Shown: in pieces, positions 60,905 through 64,000 of the stretch
How the letters are laid out: the number at the start of each line of letters is the position of its first letter
Position numbering within the stretch: position 1 is the stretch's first letter
Assembly (NCBI GenBank): GCA_963787655.1
Contig: CAWBDY010000005.1
Location: forward strand, 505,495 to 569,494
Direction: 5' to 3'
DNA: 64,000 bases
Source: an uncultured Gammaproteobacteria bacterium
GTDB lineage: Bacteria; Pseudomonadota; Gammaproteobacteria; Steroidobacterales; Steroidobacteraceae
Notes under the pieces: generated by a model
The model's database searches: none
Told to the model about the DNA's origin: nothing
The model's input: the letters and a program-made list of their open reading frames with translations, nothing else
Program-made: the position numbers and the translations under genes

Positions 60905-62905
60905 TTACGGCCCGGCCTTCAGATACTTGTCCATCCAGGCGAGATAGCGCGTCCAGCGGTCCACCAGATAGCTCGGCCGGGTGAAGACGTGGTACTCGCC
61001 CGGATAGACCACCAGCTGCGCCGGCACCCCCAGTGTGCGCAGTGCCTGGTACATCTGCTCGCCGCCGGCGAGCGGCACGTCGAAGTCCTTGTCACCGCCC
61101 ATGAACAGCGTGGGCGTGCGGATCCGATCGGCGTGAAAGAACGGGTAGGACACCTTGAGCCACAGCGCACTGTCGCGCCAGGGCGGCCCGAGCTCGGCGT
61201 TGTATTGCGCGATGTACTCGTCGGCCCCGTACATGGCGATCTGATTGGCACTGCCCGCACCGCTGATGGCTGCCTTGAAGCGCGTGTCGCTCGCGATGAC
61301 GTAATCGGTCAGGATCCCGCCGTAGCTCCAGCCGCCGACGCCCAGGTGGGACGGATCGGCGATGCCCGCGCCGATGACGTAGTCGAGGCCACTCAGCAGA
61401 TCCTGGACCTCCTTGTCGCCCCAGTCGGCAAAGATGCTGCGGGCGAAGGGCGTGCCGCGTCCGGTGCCGCCGCGATAGTTGATGGCCAGCACGACGTAGC
61501 CGTGCGTGGCGAACAGCTGGCGCTCCAGCGGCGGTCCATAGCCTTCCAGTTCCAGCGAATGGTCGTCCTGGCCGTCCGGTCCGCCGTGAATCCAGAGGAG
61601 GGTGGGATAGCGATGCCCCGGCTGAAAACCCGGCGGTTTCACGATCTGGCCGTGTATGGGCGTGCCATCGCGGCTCTTGAAGGAGAAGTCCTCAACGGAG
61701 CCGAGCGTGATTTCCTGGAACAGCGCGCGATTGTGCGCGCTGAGTGCGCGCAGACGCCCCTGTTCCAGCGCGTACACTTCGACCGGCGCCGCATCGCTCG
61801 AGGAGCGCACCGCGACATGACCGGCGGCTGCGACGAGTTGCTCCGCCACCATCGGGCCGCCGAGCCGCTCGATGGCGCCGCCGGCGAGGCTGACCTGCGC
61901 GGGGTACTGGTAGCCGTCATCCTCCACCGCAAACCGAATCAGCTGGTCATCGGCGCTCAGGCGCGGCGAATAGACCCAGCGGTCCAGAGCCGGGGCGAGT
62001 TGCTGCACGTGCCCGGACGATACCGCGACGACGGCCAGCTGATCGGGGGCGTATTCGGCGTATTTCGTTTCATCGCCGTGCAGGAACACGATGGACTCGC
62101 CGTCGGCGGTCCACTGCAGCGTCTGGTGATGCGGTGACCAGATCGATGTCAGCGTACGCGGCTTGGCGCCGGCAGTCAGGGCCAAGAGCCTGATCTCCTC
62201 GCGCCCGACATCGGCGGCGCTGTCGTTCCTGCTGCTGATATAGGCGATCTGCGTGCCGTCGCGCGAGAAAGAGGGCGCGGTATCGGCCGTGGCCGCCTCG
62301 CTCGGCAGTGGCGTCGAGGCACCTGTCTTGACGTCGAGCAGGTACAGATGCGTATTCGTATCAGCGGTCAGGTAATTCTCCGTGTCTTCCTTGAAGTGGA
62401 ACGAGTCGATCACCAGCGGCTTCGGCGTGCGCTCATCGCCCGGCGTTGCGCCATCACCCTCCATGACCAGCACCACGCGCCGGCCGTCGGGTGACCAGGC
62501 GTAATCGGTGATCTCGCCCTTGGCGTGCGTCAGCTGTCGCGGCGTGCCGCCGTGACGGTCGACCGCCCACAGCTGCTTCACGGCGTTGGCCGAGCGTGCC
62601 GCGAGGAAGCCCACCACGCGCCCGTCGGGACTGAAACGGGGCCGGCTGACGTTCAGGCCGTGCGTCAGCTGCAGGCTGTGCGTACCGGCCCAGTCGACGC
62701 CCCACACCGCGCCACGGCTCTCGTCGGCGTCCTTGTCATAGCTCGTGACGAGGTACGCCAGCTGGCTGCCGTCGGGCGCGATCGTCAGATCGCTGACGGC
62801 CTTAAAGCGATACCAGTCGGCCGGCAGCAGCGGGCGGCCGGCGTTCGCCACCGGCAGCGTGAGACAGCCGAGGAGCACAACGGCAAGGACCATGAGGTTC
62901 TTCAC
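60905..62905 (-). CDS. S9-family serine peptidase (prolyl oligopeptidase / acylaminoacyl-peptidase-like), secreted
   Basis: GTG start gives the signal peptide VKNLMVLAVVLLGCLTLPVANA. An N-terminal propeller carries PDG repeats. Catalytic motif GVGGWSYGG (GxSxG). Confidence 0.88.
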   Translation of the reverse strand: MKNLMVLAVVLLGCLTLPVANAGRPLLPADWYRFKAVSDLTIAPDGSQLAYLVTSYDKDADESRGAVWGVDWAGTHSLQLTHGLNVSRPRFSPDGRVVGFLAARSANAVKQLWAVDRHGGTPRQLTHAKGEITDYAWSPDGRRVVLVMEGDGATPGDERTPKPLVIDSFHFKEDTENYLTADTNTHLYLLDVKTGASTPLPSEAATADTAPSFSRDGTQIAYISSRNDSAADVGREEIRLLALTAGAKPRTLTSIWSPHHQTLQWTADGESIVFLHGDETKYAEYAPDQLAVVAVSSGHVQQLAPALDRWVYSPRLSADDQLIRFAVEDDGYQYPAQVSLAGGAIERLGGPMVAEQLVAAAGHVAVRSSSDAAPVEVYALEQGRLRALSAHNRALFQEITLGSVEDFSFKSRDGTPIHGQIVKPPGFQPGHRYPTLLWIHGGPDGQDDHSLELEGYGPPLERQLFATHGYVVLAINYRGGTGRGTPFARSIFADWGDKEVQDLLSGLDYVIGAGIADPSHLGVGGWSYGGILTDYVIASDTRFKAAISGAGSANQIAMYGADEYIAQYNAELGPPWRDSALWLKVSYPFFHADRIRTPTLFMGGDKDFDVPLAGGEQMYQALRTLGVPAQLVVYPGEYHVFTRPSYLVDRWTRYLAWMDKYLKAGP

Positions 62906-63014
62906 GTGCGAGTCTTTCTTGGTGTGCCCTACGTTCGATATGGGCGTGGGGGCGGGAAGTGTAGCGTGGCGGGCCGCTGCGCGGGCAAACTGGCGGGGCA
63001 CGCAGTGCGAACTC

Positions 63015-64000
63015 ATGGATCATCCGCAAGCCCGTAACGATTTTGCCCAGCAGCTGCGGCAGGCGCACGCGGCCTTACGTGCCGGTCGCGCCGCGACCGC
63101 GGAAGCCTGGCTGCGCGCTCTGGAGAGGCAGGCGCCCGGCGAGGTGAATTGCCTGTGGCTGCTGGGAGTGGCGCTGCTCGATCAGGACAAAGTGCCCGAG
63201 AGCGTTGCGCTGCTCGAGCGCGTCGTCGCTGCCGCTCCGGACTTTGCGCACGCACGCGTCGATCTGGCGCGCGCCTACCAGCGCGCCGGCGATGCGGCCC
63301 GGGCGCGGCTGGCGGTACGGCAGGTGCTGGAGACGGTGCCGCAGCATCATCGCGCCTGGCTCGCCTACGGCGATGCGCTGGTCGACCTCGAGCAGTATGG
63401 CGATGCCTGCGGCGCCTTCGAGCGGGCGCGGCTCTGCGATCCGGAGCGGCCGCGCGTGGAGGAGGCGACCGCCGCGATGGTGGCCGGCGACCGCAAGAAA
63501 TCCGAAGCCATCTTCCGCTCTATCCTGCAGGCCGACGCCAGCCACGTGGCCGCGCTGTGCGGACTTGCGGCCCTGTCACTGGCGGCGGACAAGCCGGAGG
63601 ACGCCGAGCGCCTGCTGCGGCACGCGCTCAGGCAGTCCGCCCATCTGCCGCTCGCCTGGCGTGGACTCGGGCCGGCGCTGGTGGCGCTCGGGCGGCTTGC
63701 GGAAGCGGAGGCAGCGGCGCACCACGCGGCCAAAATCGAGCCGGATAATCCGCAGACCTGGTTCACGATCGCGGCGGTGTCGACCCGCCTCATGCACCAG
63801 CAGCAGGCGCTCGAGGCCTATGAGCGGGTCGCGCGCCTGAAACCGCCGGAACCGCGCCTGCACCTCTCGATCGGCCACGCGCTGAAGACGCTCGGCCGGC
63901 GCCAGGACAGCGAGGCGGCGTATCACGCCGCGCTGGCGCTGGATCCGGGCTTCGCCGAGGCCTGGTGGAGCCTTGCCGATCTCAAGAACTACGCATTCAG
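63015..64000 (+). CDS. TPR-repeat protein, 5' part; continues beyond the window (N-terminus resembles TPR-sulfotransferase family proteins)
   Basis: My own translation from ATG 63015: MDHPQARNDFAQQLRQAHAALRAGR... It stays open to the window end, shows repeated TPR-like A-x-x-x-Y/L-x-x-A patterns, and ends ...DPGFAEAWWSLADLKNYAF. Confidence 0.7.
   Translation, partial: MDHPQARNDFAQQLRQAHAALRAGRAATAEAWLRALERQAPGEVNCLWLLGVALLDQDKVPESVALLERVVAAAPDFAHARVDLARAYQRAGDAARARLAVRQVLETVPQHHRAWLAYGDALVDLEQYGDACGAFERARLCDPERPRVEEATAAMVAGDRKKSEAIFRSILQADASHVAALCGLAALSLAADKPEDAERLLRHALRQSAHLPLAWRGLGPALVALGRLAEAEAAAHHAAKIEPDNPQTWFTIAAVSTRLMHQQQALEAYERVARLKPPEPRLHLSIGHALKTLGRRQDSEAAYHAALALDPGFAEAWWSLADLKNYAF

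Overview
Very GC-rich bacterial chromosomal segment. By gene content it is probably proteobacterial, but that is inference. It is densely packed with about 58 protein-coding genes. I recognised no rRNA, tRNA, CRISPR array, transposase, integrase or phage gene. All product names come from motifs I read in the supplied ORF translations, not from any search.

Functional blocks, in order:
- 1-4171: a light/oxidative-stress block with a Cfa-like methyltransferase, DUF4345, a class II photolyase, two AhpD/CMD-like proteins and a CDGSH Fe-S protein.
- 4207-12785: acyl-CoA synthetase, a ThrC-like PLP enzyme, an APC permease, a sigma-54-type promoter in front of an aldehyde dehydrogenase plus DUF779, an MFS transporter and Mop.
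- 13385-19300: a Kef-USP antiporter and a divergent ackA / phosphoketolase pair.
- 19365-32701: an osmotic/envelope-stress neighbourhood with opgGH, SYLF, DUF1328, Kef, MscS, DUF302, DUF202, DUF1003 and small membrane proteins.
- 32895-41305: an MBL hydrolase, DUF2130 and several secreted hydrolases.
- 41302-45825: an MFS / Rieske oxygenase / TMADH-like flavoprotein operon, possibly for N-methyl or betaine demethylation.
- 45974-63016: M14, DmpA-like, TolB-CehA and S9 peptidases around a 7-gene amine/amino-acid catabolic operon with a divergent IclR regulator.
- 63015-64000: the start of a TPR protein.

The most striking sequence-level observation is that at least 13 well-conserved genes are split between reading frames. 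Where I could resolve it, the cause is usually a single extra C or G. This looks more like consensus insertion error than real gene decay, but only read data can decide.

I did not find a convincing novel defence or mobile system. The best candidates for follow-up are:
- the 7-gene DmpA-linked catabolic operon;
- the Rieske/flavoprotein/MFS operon;
- a small ParB/Srx-like gene coupled to mscS;
- an internally deleted antiporter remnant next to a lower-GC orphan gene.
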